From Actinomycetales bacterium (GTDB lineage Bacteria > Actinomycetota > Actinomycetes > Actinomycetales > Microbacteriaceae): a stretch of 63,943 nt of DNA. Where the stretch lies: NCBI GenBank assembly GCA_015654575.1, contig JAATGR010000071.1, positions 1 to 63,943 of the forward strand, in the 5' to 3' direction. Both the position numbers and the translations under genes were made by a program. This document shows positions 10,096 to 19,620 of the stretch, in pieces; position 1 is the first letter of the stretch, and every line of letters begins with the position of its first letter. The notes under the pieces are model-generated. The model was not told the origin of the DNA, did no database searches, and worked only from the letters and a program-made list of their open reading frames with translations.

Positions 10096-11262
10096 ATGGC
10101 CACCCTCGCCAGCACCGGCACCCTGCGCACTCAGGGATCGTTCTCGTCGCAGATCCGGCGCGAGACGCGCGTCTTCTCCGGACCCGTCACCCGCTACGGC
10201 GCGATCCTGCTCGTGGTGCTCGCGGTCGTCCTCCCGCTGAGCACGGCCGACTCGTTCCTGCTATCGCTGGGGATCACCGTCGGCTATTTCTCGATCGCCG
10301 CGGTCGGGCTGAACGTCGTCAACGGCTACGCCGGCCAGATCAACATGGGCCAACCCTTCTTCCTCGCGATCGGCGCTTTCACGGCGGTGGGCTTCGGCAC
10401 GGTCCTCGACCTGCCGCTGCCGCTGTGGATCATCGCGGTCGTTGTCATCGGCGCTGCCGCGGGGTTGCTCGTGGAGCCGCTCGCCTTGCGACTCAAGGGC
10501 GTTTACCAGATCGTGCTCAGCCTCGGACTGATCTTCATCGGGCAGTACATCTTCGTCAACTGGAGCGATCTGACCGGCGGGGTAAGTGGGCGCCGGGCAC
10601 CTCTGAACCTCTCAGTAGGCCCCCTCGACTTCGGTGCGCTGCAGCTGGGCGGCATGACCTACAGCTACCAGCAGGGGTTGTTCATGCTCGTCTGGCTGTT
10701 CGTCGCGCTGTGCATGTTCGTCGTGTACCTGCTGATGAAATCGCCTGCCGGGCGGGCGATCATCGCGCTACGAGATGCGGAGCTGCCTGCCCGGGTCGCC
10801 GGGATCAGCCCCGTGCGCAGCATGTTCGGCGTATTCGCGGTTTCCAGCGCCATGGGTGCGCTCGGTGGCGCGTTCTACGTGGCTCAGCTGCGGTTCGTCA
10901 GTCCCGATCAGTTCAACCTGACGATGGGCCTGAACTTCATCATCATCGTCACCGTCGGTGGGCTCGCGACCGCGTGGGGGCCGGTCGTGGGGAGTCTTGT
11001 GATTTGTTCGATCCCCGTGCTGGCCACCCGGTACGCCGACTACATCCCGTTCCTCAAAGCGAACTCGTCGACCCCCGACGGCACGTGGGGCATCCCGGTC
11101 GGACAGTTTCCGATCGTCATCTACGGCGTGCTGCTCGTCGTAATCCTCATGTTCGAGCCTCGCGGTCTCACCCACCTCACCGCCGTGTTCGTGCGCTGGG
11201 TGACCCAGCCGCTACGGCGGAAGGCAGCAGCATCCGCCTCGGTGCGGAGGGCGGCCCCATGA
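10096..11262 (+). CDS. ABC transporter permease (LivM-like)
   Basis: GLNVVNGYAGQINMGQ and SPAGRAIIALRD motifs. Confidence 0.9.
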   Translation: MATLASTGTLRTQGSFSSQIRRETRVFSGPVTRYGAILLVVLAVVLPLSTADSFLLSLGITVGYFSIAAVGLNVVNGYAGQINMGQPFFLAIGAFTAVGFGTVLDLPLPLWIIAVVVIGAAAGLLVEPLALRLKGVYQIVLSLGLIFIGQYIFVNWSDLTGGVSGRRAPLNLSVGPLDFGALQLGGMTYSYQQGLFMLVWLFVALCMFVVYLLMKSPAGRAIIALRDAELPARVAGISPVRSMFGVFAVSSAMGALGGAFYVAQLRFVSPDQFNLTMGLNFIIIVTVGGLATAWGPVVGSLVICSIPVLATRYADYIPFLKANSSTPDGTWGIPVGQFPIVIYGVLLVVILMFEPRGLTHLTAVFVRWVTQPLRRKAAASASVRRAAP

Positions 11263-12176
11263 TGGTGGTTGAGGGCAGTGTCGCGGTCATCACCGGCGGA
11301 GCGTCGGGCGCTGGTCTCGGGCAGGCGCGGGTATTCGGTCGCGCCGGCGCGCGGATCGCGATCGCGGACGTGCGGGACGAGCCCCGTCGCACGGCGGCAG
11401 CGGCGCTGCGGGAGGAGGGGATCGACGTATGGGACGTGGCGCTGGACGTCACTGACCGGGCCGGCTTCGCCTGGGTCGCGGATGCCGTTGAAGACCACTT
11501 CGGCGCGCCAGTCACGCTCTTGTTCAACACCGCAGGGGTGAACGGGTTTGGCTCGGTGGAGACAATGACGGCATCCGACTTCGATTGGTTGCTCGGGGTG
11601 AACTTAGGCGGGGTCGTGAACGGGATGACGACCTTCGTGCCCAGGATGATCGAGGCGGGGCAGGGTGGGCACATCGCGACCGTCGCTTCGGTCGGCGGCT
11701 TCGAGGGGGGCCGTATGACGGCGCCATACTCGGCGGCCAAATCGGCGGTAATCCGGCTGATGGAGAGCTACGCGCAGGCGCTGCCCGAGTACGGCATCGG
11801 CGTGACGGTGCTGTGCCCCGCAAACATCCGCAGCGGCATCGCCGAATCGGTGCGGCTGCGGCCGGGTACGGTGTCCGAGGACAGCGGGGTCATGGCCGGC
11901 GAGGGGTTTCTCGATGCGCTGCGCGAAGTGCACGACCACGGGATGGAGCCCGAAGATCTTGCGCTGCACCTGAAACGCGCGATGGAGGAAGGGGCGCTGT
12001 ACTGCATCCCTTACCCAGAGGTTCGTGAAGACCTTGAACGCGGCTTCGGCCGCATCCTCGATGCGATCCCGGACGTGGATGAACTCGCCCCGGCCGCCGC
12101 CGCCGAACGCGTCGAGGCGTTGGCACGTTTCCGCGAGTCTGCACGCGCGGGCGCGCGCCCGGCGCCAGCGACGTAA
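11259..12176 (+). CDS. ligD: SDR resembling lignin C-alpha dehydrogenase LigD
   Basis: TGGASGAGLGQARVFG, NTAGVNGFG, DFDWLLGVNLGGVVNGMTTFVPRMI, PYSAAK, PANIRS and ALYCIPYPEVRE match the Sphingobium LigD pattern as recalled; ATGA overlap with the permease. Confidence 0.75.
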   Translation: MMVVEGSVAVITGGASGAGLGQARVFGRAGARIAIADVRDEPRRTAAAALREEGIDVWDVALDVTDRAGFAWVADAVEDHFGAPVTLLFNTAGVNGFGSVETMTASDFDWLLGVNLGGVVNGMTTFVPRMIEAGQGGHIATVASVGGFEGGRMTAPYSAAKSAVIRLMESYAQALPEYGIGVTVLCPANIRSGIAESVRLRPGTVSEDSGVMAGEGFLDALREVHDHGMEPEDLALHLKRAMEEGALYCIPYPEVREDLERGFGRILDAIPDVDELAPAAAAERVEALARFRESARAGARPAPAT

Positions 12177-12226
12177 TATTGCCGTCACGGTGCGTTCGTG
12201 CGCCGCATGTCAACGAAGGAGCTGAC

Positions 12227-13978
12227 ATGGTTTTCCCTACTTCGCGGCCGCGTCGGAGCGACGCCGCCCGCTTCGACGCTGACGCCCGGGACCGGGTCCA
12301 TCGCGCCCGTGATGAGTTCATCGCCGAACGTACCTCGCCCGCTCCGGGTGAGGTACCGGTCGAGATCCTCAGCTCGTGGGTCCGCTCGCTTGGGCTCGGA
12401 GTCGACCCTGATCGTGTCGAGGTGCCGGTTAACCCGCAGGCGGCCTCGCGTTCCCAGCGCCTGGTCAATGCGGCGGCGCCTATCATGCAAGCGCTCGCCG
12501 ACCAGTGCCGTGACGCAGACGCGTGGGGGATGTTGCTGGACCGCGAGTGCGTGCAGGTCTCACGCATCGTAGGAGATGCGCGTGTTGTGCGCGAAGGCGA
12601 GCAACGCGGCGGCGGCGTTGGGGCGGTGTTCCACGAGGCGTTCGTCGGTACGAATGGTGCCGGGATCTCCGCCGAGCGGCTGGAGAGCTTCCTCGTCGTC
12701 GGCGACGAGCACTTTCGCGCGGGCGAGCGTAACCTCGCCTCCGTCGGTGTGCCACTGCACGACCCGTTTGGGCGAATGGTCGGGTTCCTCCTCATGTGTC
12801 AGCGGGTCGACACGGCCAACCACATGATCGTGCCGTACACGCAGTCGCTGGCCCACGCCATCGACGAGCAGTTGGCGCTTGCCGCCGACGGTGAGCAGCG
12901 CGCACTGTTTGAGGCCTACGCTCGCCACTCACGGCGCCCATCGCTTGCGGTCGTCGGCATCAACGACGATGTGTTCGTCGCCAACATCGCCGCACAGCAG
13001 CTGTTGCGTGACGGTGCCCAGAACGACGCGTTGCGCGAACTCGTTCGCGAGGTGGCGCGAAGCGGCCGTTCGCGACTGATCACGGCGGAACTCGGAGAGG
13101 ATCGATATCGGGTTCATTGTAGAGTCGTGCCGTTCATGCACGGCCGGCATGGGGTGGTCGCCTCGCTGACACGTGCACCACTGCCGACGACGTCGGTGGC
13201 CGCCCCCGCGCCCTCTGTGCCCGTCGACCCGGTTCGACGGGCCGCGGCCTTGCGCCTGGCCACGCTTGTGACGGGTGAACCGGGATCGGGGCGTGTGCAC
13301 CGCATCCGGGATGCGGCGCCTGCGGCCGATGCGCCGCACGGGATCGCCGAGATCGATGCGGCGAGCCACGCCGCCGACCCGATCGCGTGGTTCGCTCGTC
13401 TCAATATGATCGTCGCGGCAGGCCCAGTGCTCGTACGCGACATTGATACGCTGCCCGGCGATGCGATACCGCGGGTGCTCGAGACGCTGCGCGGTGGCAA
13501 GGGATGGGTCACGGCGACCGCGCATTCCGCGTCGAACGCGCTGGCGGCGGACTTCCTCGTCACTGTGGTGGTGGAACCGTTGCGCGAGCGTACTGGGGAC
13601 TTGCCGGAGATCGTGCGGGCGCTGCTGGACGATCTCGGCGCCGGCTCGGTGCGTGTGTCGGCAGAGGCGCTGAGCATCCTCGCCAAGCACTCCTGGCCTG
13701 GTAACGTAGCCCAGCTGCGCCGGGTGCTCGCCTCGGCACTGGTGGGCCTCTCCGTCGAGTCGATCACGATCGATGACCTGCCACGCGAGATCGCCGACGC
13801 CGGGCGTCGCGCAGGCGACGAGGGGCTCCTGGCCCGCACCGAGCGGGAGCTGATCTTCGACGCCCTGCGCGCTGCCGACTGGAACCGGGATGCCGCAGCC
13901 AAAGCGCTCGGCATCTCGCGCGCGACGATGTACCGCCGCATCCGTCAGTTCGGCTTCGCGCTTCGGGCCAGCCGCTGA
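12227..13978 (+). CDS. GAF / degenerate AAA+ / Fis-HTH transcriptional activator (AcoR-like)
   Basis: GAF motif VGTNGAG, HSWPGNVAQLR, and C-terminal AAKALGISRATMYRRI; RBS AAGGAG. Confidence 0.85.
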   Translation: MVFPTSRPRRSDAARFDADARDRVHRARDEFIAERTSPAPGEVPVEILSSWVRSLGLGVDPDRVEVPVNPQAASRSQRLVNAAAPIMQALADQCRDADAWGMLLDRECVQVSRIVGDARVVREGEQRGGGVGAVFHEAFVGTNGAGISAERLESFLVVGDEHFRAGERNLASVGVPLHDPFGRMVGFLLMCQRVDTANHMIVPYTQSLAHAIDEQLALAADGEQRALFEAYARHSRRPSLAVVGINDDVFVANIAAQQLLRDGAQNDALRELVREVARSGRSRLITAELGEDRYRVHCRVVPFMHGRHGVVASLTRAPLPTTSVAAPAPSVPVDPVRRAAALRLATLVTGEPGSGRVHRIRDAAPAADAPHGIAEIDAASHAADPIAWFARLNMIVAAGPVLVRDIDTLPGDAIPRVLETLRGGKGWVTATAHSASNALAADFLVTVVVEPLRERTGDLPEIVRALLDDLGAGSVRVSAEALSILAKHSWPGNVAQLRRVLASALVGLSVESITIDDLPREIADAGRRAGDEGLLARTERELIFDALRAADWNRDAAAKALGISRATMYRRIRQFGFALRASR

Positions 13979-14027
13979 CGCACTCGGCGTATGCCCGGCT
14001 CGGTACGTCGATCGGGAGCAGGCCGGG

Positions 14028-15197
14028 TCAGACCCGGCCGCCGTGGGCGGCGATAACGGCTTTCGCGCCCGCGGTCACGAACGCGACCTGCTCGCGGACG
14101 ACGGCCTGCGCGGCCGGGATCTCACGGCGACTCAGTGCCGCGGTGAGCCGGGGCACGAACGTCGGGCCGAGCTGGTGCTCCCAGTCGGCAGGTTCGAACG
14201 TCTCTCGCCAGATGGTGGTCACGTTCAGGGCACGGTACTTCGCCGTCAGCTGGCGAGAACCGGCCAGGCCCACGATCGCTGCATGGAAGTCCATGTTCAA
14301 CTCGAGGAACGCCTCTAGGTCCTCGGGGGTGGTCGGGTGCAGCGAGGTGACCTGATCGCCAAGGTGCGCGATCCGATCCAGCTGCTCGACCGGGGCATCC
14401 GCCAGATAGCGCTCGATCACCCCGGTCTCGATCGTCTCGCGGTCGCCGTAGAGCCGATCCGCGAGATCGGCCGTCAGCGGCGCCGGCTCGTAGCCACCGC
14501 CGGCCGCCGACTGCACGAGTCCCTCCGAGGCGAGTCGGATCAGCGCGCTGTCGATCAGTGCCTGCTCCAGCCGGAGGGATGCTGCCACGGTCGCCACCTC
14601 GACCGGTTCACCCAGGGGTGTCCGCCGACGCAGCACCCAGTCGCGCGCGCCCTCGTAGGCGGCGGTCTCCAGCGCATGGTCGAGGTTTCCGAACGTGCCG
14701 CGATAATACGCGAGCGGCTCGCCCTCCCCGGCCCGGGCGGCTGCCACGCGCCCGAGGAAGATCGTGTGCGTGCCGCCCACCGCCGTCTCGGCCACGACGC
14801 ACTCGATCGAGGCGAGAGCCCCGTCCAGAAGCGGCAGGCCTTGGTCGCTGATGGTGTGTCCGACGCCGGCAAACTTGTCGTCGCCCTTGCGGGCGAAGGC
14901 CCGTGCGATCCCGCCCTGCCCGGAGGAGAGGATGTTGATGGCGTAGCGCCCTGCGCGGGCCACCGCGTCGTGCGTCGCGCTGGAGCGATTCAGGCAGATG
15001 AGCATCATGGGTGGTTCGGCTGACAGCGACGACACAGCCGACACGGTCGTGCCGTAGAGCTGATCGCTGTCGGCGGTGGTTATCACCGTCACACCCGAGG
15101 CGAAGTGGCCCACGACGTTGCGGAAGACCTGCTCGTCGACCAGGGGCAGGCCCAGGTCGATCCCGTACCGCACAGCGGCCTCGCTTGCAGCGCTCAT
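14028..15197 (-). CDS. Flavin reductase domain fused to GntR wHTH-FCD domains
   Basis: FRNVVGHFASGVTVIT, SLSAEPP, GGTHTIFLG and PLAYYRG, then ALIRLASEGLV and NMDFHAAIVGLAGS. Confidence 0.85.
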   Translation of the reverse strand: MSAASEAAVRYGIDLGLPLVDEQVFRNVVGHFASGVTVITTADSDQLYGTTVSAVSSLSAEPPMMLICLNRSSATHDAVARAGRYAINILSSGQGGIARAFARKGDDKFAGVGHTISDQGLPLLDGALASIECVVAETAVGGTHTIFLGRVAAARAGEGEPLAYYRGTFGNLDHALETAAYEGARDWVLRRRTPLGEPVEVATVAASLRLEQALIDSALIRLASEGLVQSAAGGGYEPAPLTADLADRLYGDRETIETGVIERYLADAPVEQLDRIAHLGDQVTSLHPTTPEDLEAFLELNMDFHAAIVGLAGSRQLTAKYRALNVTTIWRETFEPADWEHQLGPTFVPRLTAALSRREIPAAQAVVREQVAFVTAGAKAVIAAHGGRV

Positions 15198-15260
15198 CTG
15201 CGTTGTCTCCTCGTCGAAAGTCCGTGCCGAAAACGTAACCGCGCGCGCATGCGTCCCGGG

Positions 15261-15275
15261 GTCTCACGGTGAGAC
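15261..15275. promoter_or_regulatory. Perfect operator palindrome upstream of the flavin reductase-GntR gene
   Basis: GTCTCAcggTGAGAC; minus-strand TACGTT at 15237-15232. Confidence 0.7.
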
Positions 15276-15312
15276 ACGGGGCGCATGCGGCATCCGGCAC
15301 GCCGGGGCACGA

Positions 15313-16905
15313 CTATTCGCGGTAACGTTCCGGCCAGATGCCGTACCGGCCGGGGGAGAGGATGCCGGCGGGATCCACCGCGTCTTTGATCCGCTCGCAG
15401 AAGTGCTTGTAGGCGTAGTCGTTCCACGAGAGGTGCGCCGCGGCATCCTCCATGAGGTCCAGATGCACCCGGTACTCGCTGTACCCGCGTTCGCCGAGCC
15501 AATCGATGAGCTCCCGCCCGATCTCGAACGCTCGCTGCGCCGACTCGGCGACCCGGGGGTCGAAGAACGCGGCGATGATGATGGCGCACGTCCGCTCGCC
15601 TGTGACGAGGATCGACGAGCCGTAGTTGTACCCGGTGTGCGCCTCGATCTTTGTTGCCGAAGACAGCACGACGTCCGCGACCTCCGTGCCGCGCAGCGGA
15701 ACGATGGGTGAGAGGTCGACGTGCGCGAACTCGGGCCCCATCGTGCGCAGCAGGTCGAGGTTGGGTACCCCGCCGGTGATCTTCGCCGAGATCTCGTCGA
15801 TCGAGTCGTAGTCGTCGGGTCCGTAGTCACCGGCGTCGGTGATCCAGGACCCCTCGATCTCGCCCCAGGCACGCTTTAGCACGGCCGTCTGCGCGACGAC
15901 CTCCTCCGGGCCGCCGTACAGCGCCGTGCGCACGTTCCACGCGCCCAGCTCGTGCGCGTCGCGAAGCGTCTGGATCTCGTGCGGCTGCAGGTACACCGTG
16001 CGGGGGAGTTCGAGCTTCTCACGCAGGCCCGTCATCCCGATCGCCATGAGCGTGTTGTAGAACGACGGTACCCCGCGCAGCGTGTTGCGCAGTCGCAGTT
16101 CTCGGACGACGTCGATCGCCTGTGCGAGTTGATCGTCCCGGGGGATCGACAGCACGAGGGGGAGAAACACCTCCGGGCGTGGCATGAGCCACACCCCCAT
16201 CTTCACGACGATGCCGTAGTTCGACTGGGTGAACAACAGATCCAGCGCGGGACCGACGCCGCGCTTGTACAGGTGCCACGTCGGGTTGTCGGGCTGGGCG
16301 CCCATGCCCGTGCGCAGCAGTTCGCCGTCGGCGAGCACGACCTCCATGCCGCAGGGCGCGGCGAAGTCGGCACCGTAGGGCAGGTAGCTGATGCCGTTAT
16401 CGAGCGAGTTGCCGATGACGCTGCCCCAACCGATGTCGGGGCACGACACCTGCAGGCGCGAGCCACGCCGCCGTAGTTCTTCGTCGAGGTCGATCCACCG
16501 CACGCCCGGTTCGACGACCGCGAAGGCGAGCTCCTCATCGATCTCGAGCACGCGGTTCATCCGCCGCAGGCTGATCGAGATCGACCCGGTCACCCGCGCG
16601 GAGGTGCCCCCGTACGCGTTGTTGCGGCCCTGCGAGTGCGTCCACACCGGAATGCCGGCTTCGGTCGCCACGCGCAGGATCTCCTGGATCTGCGCGGTCT
16701 TGGTGGGGTGCACGGCGACGGACGGCACGTAGCGGTCGTCGCCCGCGATCCAGTAGACATCTCTCAGGGGCCAGTCCAGGTCGGCGAGCAGGTCCTCCTG
16801 CAGAGTCACGGCACCGTCGCCGACGATCTCGCGCAGGCGATCGATGACGGCGGGTGTCAGCGGTGCGGCGGAGGCGCCGGCGGGCGCGGAAGGGTCGGGT
16901 GACAT
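15313..16905 (-). CDS. VAO/PCMH family 4-phenol oxidase, copy 1
   Basis: GRNNAYGG, PDIGWGSVIGN, QSNYGIVVKMG, AHVDLSP, EYRVH and DPAGILSPGRYGIW. Confidence 0.88.
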   Translation of the reverse strand: MSPDPSAPAGASAAPLTPAVIDRLREIVGDGAVTLQEDLLADLDWPLRDVYWIAGDDRYVPSVAVHPTKTAQIQEILRVATEAGIPVWTHSQGRNNAYGGTSARVTGSISISLRRMNRVLEIDEELAFAVVEPGVRWIDLDEELRRRGSRLQVSCPDIGWGSVIGNSLDNGISYLPYGADFAAPCGMEVVLADGELLRTGMGAQPDNPTWHLYKRGVGPALDLLFTQSNYGIVVKMGVWLMPRPEVFLPLVLSIPRDDQLAQAIDVVRELRLRNTLRGVPSFYNTLMAIGMTGLREKLELPRTVYLQPHEIQTLRDAHELGAWNVRTALYGGPEEVVAQTAVLKRAWGEIEGSWITDAGDYGPDDYDSIDEISAKITGGVPNLDLLRTMGPEFAHVDLSPIVPLRGTEVADVVLSSATKIEAHTGYNYGSSILVTGERTCAIIIAAFFDPRVAESAQRAFEIGRELIDWLGERGYSEYRVHLDLMEDAAAHLSWNDYAYKHFCERIKDAVDPAGILSPGRYGIWPERYRE

Positions 16906-17068
16906 GGGTTCTCCTCATCGAGAGAGCACGGATCGTGCGGTCCGGGAATCGGCTGCCCGGCTCTGCGAGCGAGCGTCGCAGCACGAGTCTCGCGGTGGCC
17001 CCGGATCGGCGCGTCCGGACAACCCCGATGCGCGCGCGCAACAGTCGGCGGGCCCTGCGGCGGCTTCC

Positions 17069-17995
17069 TTGAGCGGTGATATCGTCACCGATCGGGTCGA
17101 TGAGTGGACCCGTCTGTTCCCTCCGATCGCGGCGGGGGCACGGTGGGTTGGCCTGTCCGCACAGGAGGAGTTCGAAGGGCGTGTCGCTCGTCGTGTGGTC
17201 GGCGATATCAGCGTCAATCTGCTGCGGGTGCGGGCGAGTGCGCATAGTGTGGAGCGGTCGGTCGAGCAGGTGCGGCGGCGTTCGGATCCGTTCGCGCTCG
17301 CCGCCGTGCAGCTGAGCGGGTCGAGCGTGCTGACGACCCCGACCGGTACCGTGACGCTCACGCCCGGCGACCAGATTGTGCACCTGTGGGAGAGTCCGTC
17401 GCGCTGGAGCTTCCCGGGGAGCTTCTCACTGTTCGTGGTGCGGTTCCCGACGGTGCTCATTCGGTTCGCGCTCGCGGACCCGTCCGTTCCGCTCGGGGTG
17501 CTGCTGCCGACCGGTCGCGGTACGGGTGCGCTCGTGCACGCCTATGTGCGTACGCTCGCAGCGGATATGGACCTGCTGTCACGGCGCGGCGGTGCACGCA
17601 TCGCGCGGGGACTGGTCGAGCTGTTCGGTACAGGGCTGCTCGCCGCCGCGCCCGGGGGTGAGCGCGGCGGCGACGTGTTCGCCCGGGCGACGGCCATGAT
17701 CGACGAGCGCATCGCCGATCACGACCTGGGTGTCACCGTCCTGGCGCAGGCGCTGTACGTGTCGCGGCGGCGGTTGCAGGCCGCGTTCGCCGAGCAGGGG
17801 AGCACGGTGACCGGATGGATCCGCGCGCGGCGCCTGCAGGGCGCCCGTGCCGACCTCGTCGACATCGATCTCCGCGATCGCACCATCGCGGAGATCGCCC
17901 GGCAGTGGGGGTTCCCGGATGCCGCACACTTCACCCACGTGTTTCGCCGCGCCTACGGTCTCTCCCCTCGCGATCACCGCCGCCCTACCTCCTGA
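17069..17995 (+). CDS. AraC family regulator, copy 1 (start uncertain)
   Basis: C-terminal IAEIARQWGFPDAAHFTHVFRRAYGLSP; start inferred by comparison with copy 2. Confidence 0.8.
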   Translation: MSGDIVTDRVDEWTRLFPPIAAGARWVGLSAQEEFEGRVARRVVGDISVNLLRVRASAHSVERSVEQVRRRSDPFALAAVQLSGSSVLTTPTGTVTLTPGDQIVHLWESPSRWSFPGSFSLFVVRFPTVLIRFALADPSVPLGVLLPTGRGTGALVHAYVRTLAADMDLLSRRGGARIARGLVELFGTGLLAAAPGGERGGDVFARATAMIDERIADHDLGVTVLAQALYVSRRRLQAAFAEQGSTVTGWIRARRLQGARADLVDIDLRDRTIAEIARQWGFPDAAHFTHVFRRAYGLSPRDHRRPTS

Positions 17996-18063
17996 CCCCG
18001 TTCCCGCCCCTCGCTCGGTGAGAAACGACATTTCGCTCGGGATACCGCCCTTGCGGGTGTGGC

Positions 18064-18930
18064 TCACGCGGAATGTGATCTCCTGCCCGGCCCTGCCCCG
18101 GCATCCGTGGCCGGATCGGACGCTGCATCCTGCGATCCGAGCGGGTGCAGGCTCCGCGTCGCCTCGGCCGCCGCCGCGACCGTTGCCTGCACCAGTGCGG
18201 GCAGGTCCAGGGCGCGCGTCGGCACGACGAGCGAAAGCGCGGCCACCGCCACGCCGGTCGCATCGATCACCGGTGCGGCGACGCCGTCGAACGCGGGATC
18301 GAGTTGGCGACGGCTCACGCAGATGCCGGCGCGCCGCACCTCGCCGAGTACCTCGCGCAGCGCGGCGGGGTCGGTCACCGTCTCGACCGTTGCGGTCGGC
18401 GCCGGTCGCTCCAGGGCGTCGCGACGGGTCGTCTCCTCGCCAAAGGCGACGAGCACGCGTCCGGCCGCGGTCGCCAGCGCGTGGCTGCGCTGGCCGGTCA
18501 CCCGCTGTGCCGAGCGTGTACCCGGCAGCACCTCGATGTTCACCGCGTCGAGTCCGTCGAGCACGGCCAGCACGCACGAGCAGCCGGTGCGATCGACGAG
18601 TCGTTCCATCGCGGGCAGGCACATCTCGCGCAGCAGGCTGCCGCGCGGCGCGAGTGCGGCGAGGCGGCGGATCCGCAGCCCGATCCGATAGCGCCCGTCG
18701 GGTCCGCGTTCCAGCGCGCCCCAGATGCACAGGTCAGACAGCAGACGGTGCGCGGTGCTGAGTGGCACGCCCGCGTGCGCGGCCAGCTGCGACAGCGTCA
18801 GTGCGGGGCGGGCGGGCTGGAACGCGTCCAGCAGATGCAGTGCCCGCTGCACGACCGAGCCCGTCCCGTGACGGGCGGATGTCGCGGGCGCACCCGGCGG
18901 CGTCTCGACCGGCAGATTCCCTTCCATCAT
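18064..18930 (-). CDS. IclR family transcriptional regulator
   Basis: SVVQRALHLLDAF HTH; ATAAGRVLVAF and VAAPVID motifs. Confidence 0.85.
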   Translation of the reverse strand: MMEGNLPVETPPGAPATSARHGTGSVVQRALHLLDAFQPARPALTLSQLAAHAGVPLSTAHRLLSDLCIWGALERGPDGRYRIGLRIRRLAALAPRGSLLREMCLPAMERLVDRTGCSCVLAVLDGLDAVNIEVLPGTRSAQRVTGQRSHALATAAGRVLVAFGEETTRRDALERPAPTATVETVTDPAALREVLGEVRRAGICVSRRQLDPAFDGVAAPVIDATGVAVAALSLVVPTRALDLPALVQATVAAAAEATRSLHPLGSQDAASDPATDAGAGPGRRSHSA

Positions 18931-18937
18931 TCGGAAG
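18921..18937. promoter_or_regulatory. Putative IclR operator overlapping the regulator start
   Basis: CTTCC-N7-GGAAG palindrome in a divergent promoter. Confidence 0.4.
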
Positions 18938-19023
18938 CATAGTCAGCGCGGCGTGGGGCGCGCCTACGCTGACCCGCGGTGCGGCGGTCGCCGCGACCAG
19001 CTGGCGACGATGCGGAGCACACG

Positions 19024-19563
19024 ATGGACCAACGACTCGAACAGCGGATCCGAGTGCTCCTGGACCGGGAGGATATCCGCGACGCCCTCACCCGGTACAC
19101 GCGCGGCATGGACCGCCACGACCTGGCACTCATCGCCTCCGCCTATCACCCGGATGCTCGGGACCGCCACGGGCGCTTCGATGGCGACCGGCACAGCGTG
19201 GGGGAGAAGGCCTCTTACCATCACGCGCAGAGCTATCAGGCGCACAGTCACCAGATCGGCAACATCACCTTCGCCTTCGAAAGCGACGACGTCTGCCACA
19301 CCGAGACGTACTTCCACATCGTGCTCTCCCGAAAGGGTGATCGGACGCCGAACGACCTGCTCGGCGGGCGCTACCTCGACCGCTTCGAGCGTCGCGAGGG
19401 TGTGTGGCGGATCGCCGACCGCGAGGTCGTCCTCGACTGGCGTGGCGAGCACCTGCCTGTCTCGGATGCCGGTGACCACGATATCAACCGCACCTACCCG
19501 CAGGGGGCTTGGGACCGCAGCGACCTGTCGTACGTGCGCATGGCCGCGGCATCCCCCGCCTGA
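19024..19563 (+). CDS. NTF2/SnoaL-like family protein
   Basis: LLDREDIRDALTRYTRGMDRHD, AYHPDA and GGRYLDRFERREGVWRIADR. Confidence 0.85.
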   Translation: MDQRLEQRIRVLLDREDIRDALTRYTRGMDRHDLALIASAYHPDARDRHGRFDGDRHSVGEKASYHHAQSYQAHSHQIGNITFAFESDDVCHTETYFHIVLSRKGDRTPNDLLGGRYLDRFERREGVWRIADREVVLDWRGEHLPVSDAGDHDINRTYPQGAWDRSDLSYVRMAAASPA

Positions 19564-19620
19564 AGCGGAGGCGCTCCCCGAGACCCATCCTCATCGAACA
19601 CTCACACGAAGGAGAACCAC

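Noticed and set aside
6201-11262. Literal branched-chain amino acid transporter (livKFGHM)
   Set aside because: The family fits, but context and divergent binding proteins point to another ligand, so no liv symbols were assigned.
16844-17068. Long N-terminal extension of AraC copy 1 overlapping the oxidase start
   Set aside because: It would leave no room for divergent promoters, and similarity to copy 2 begins only near 17070.
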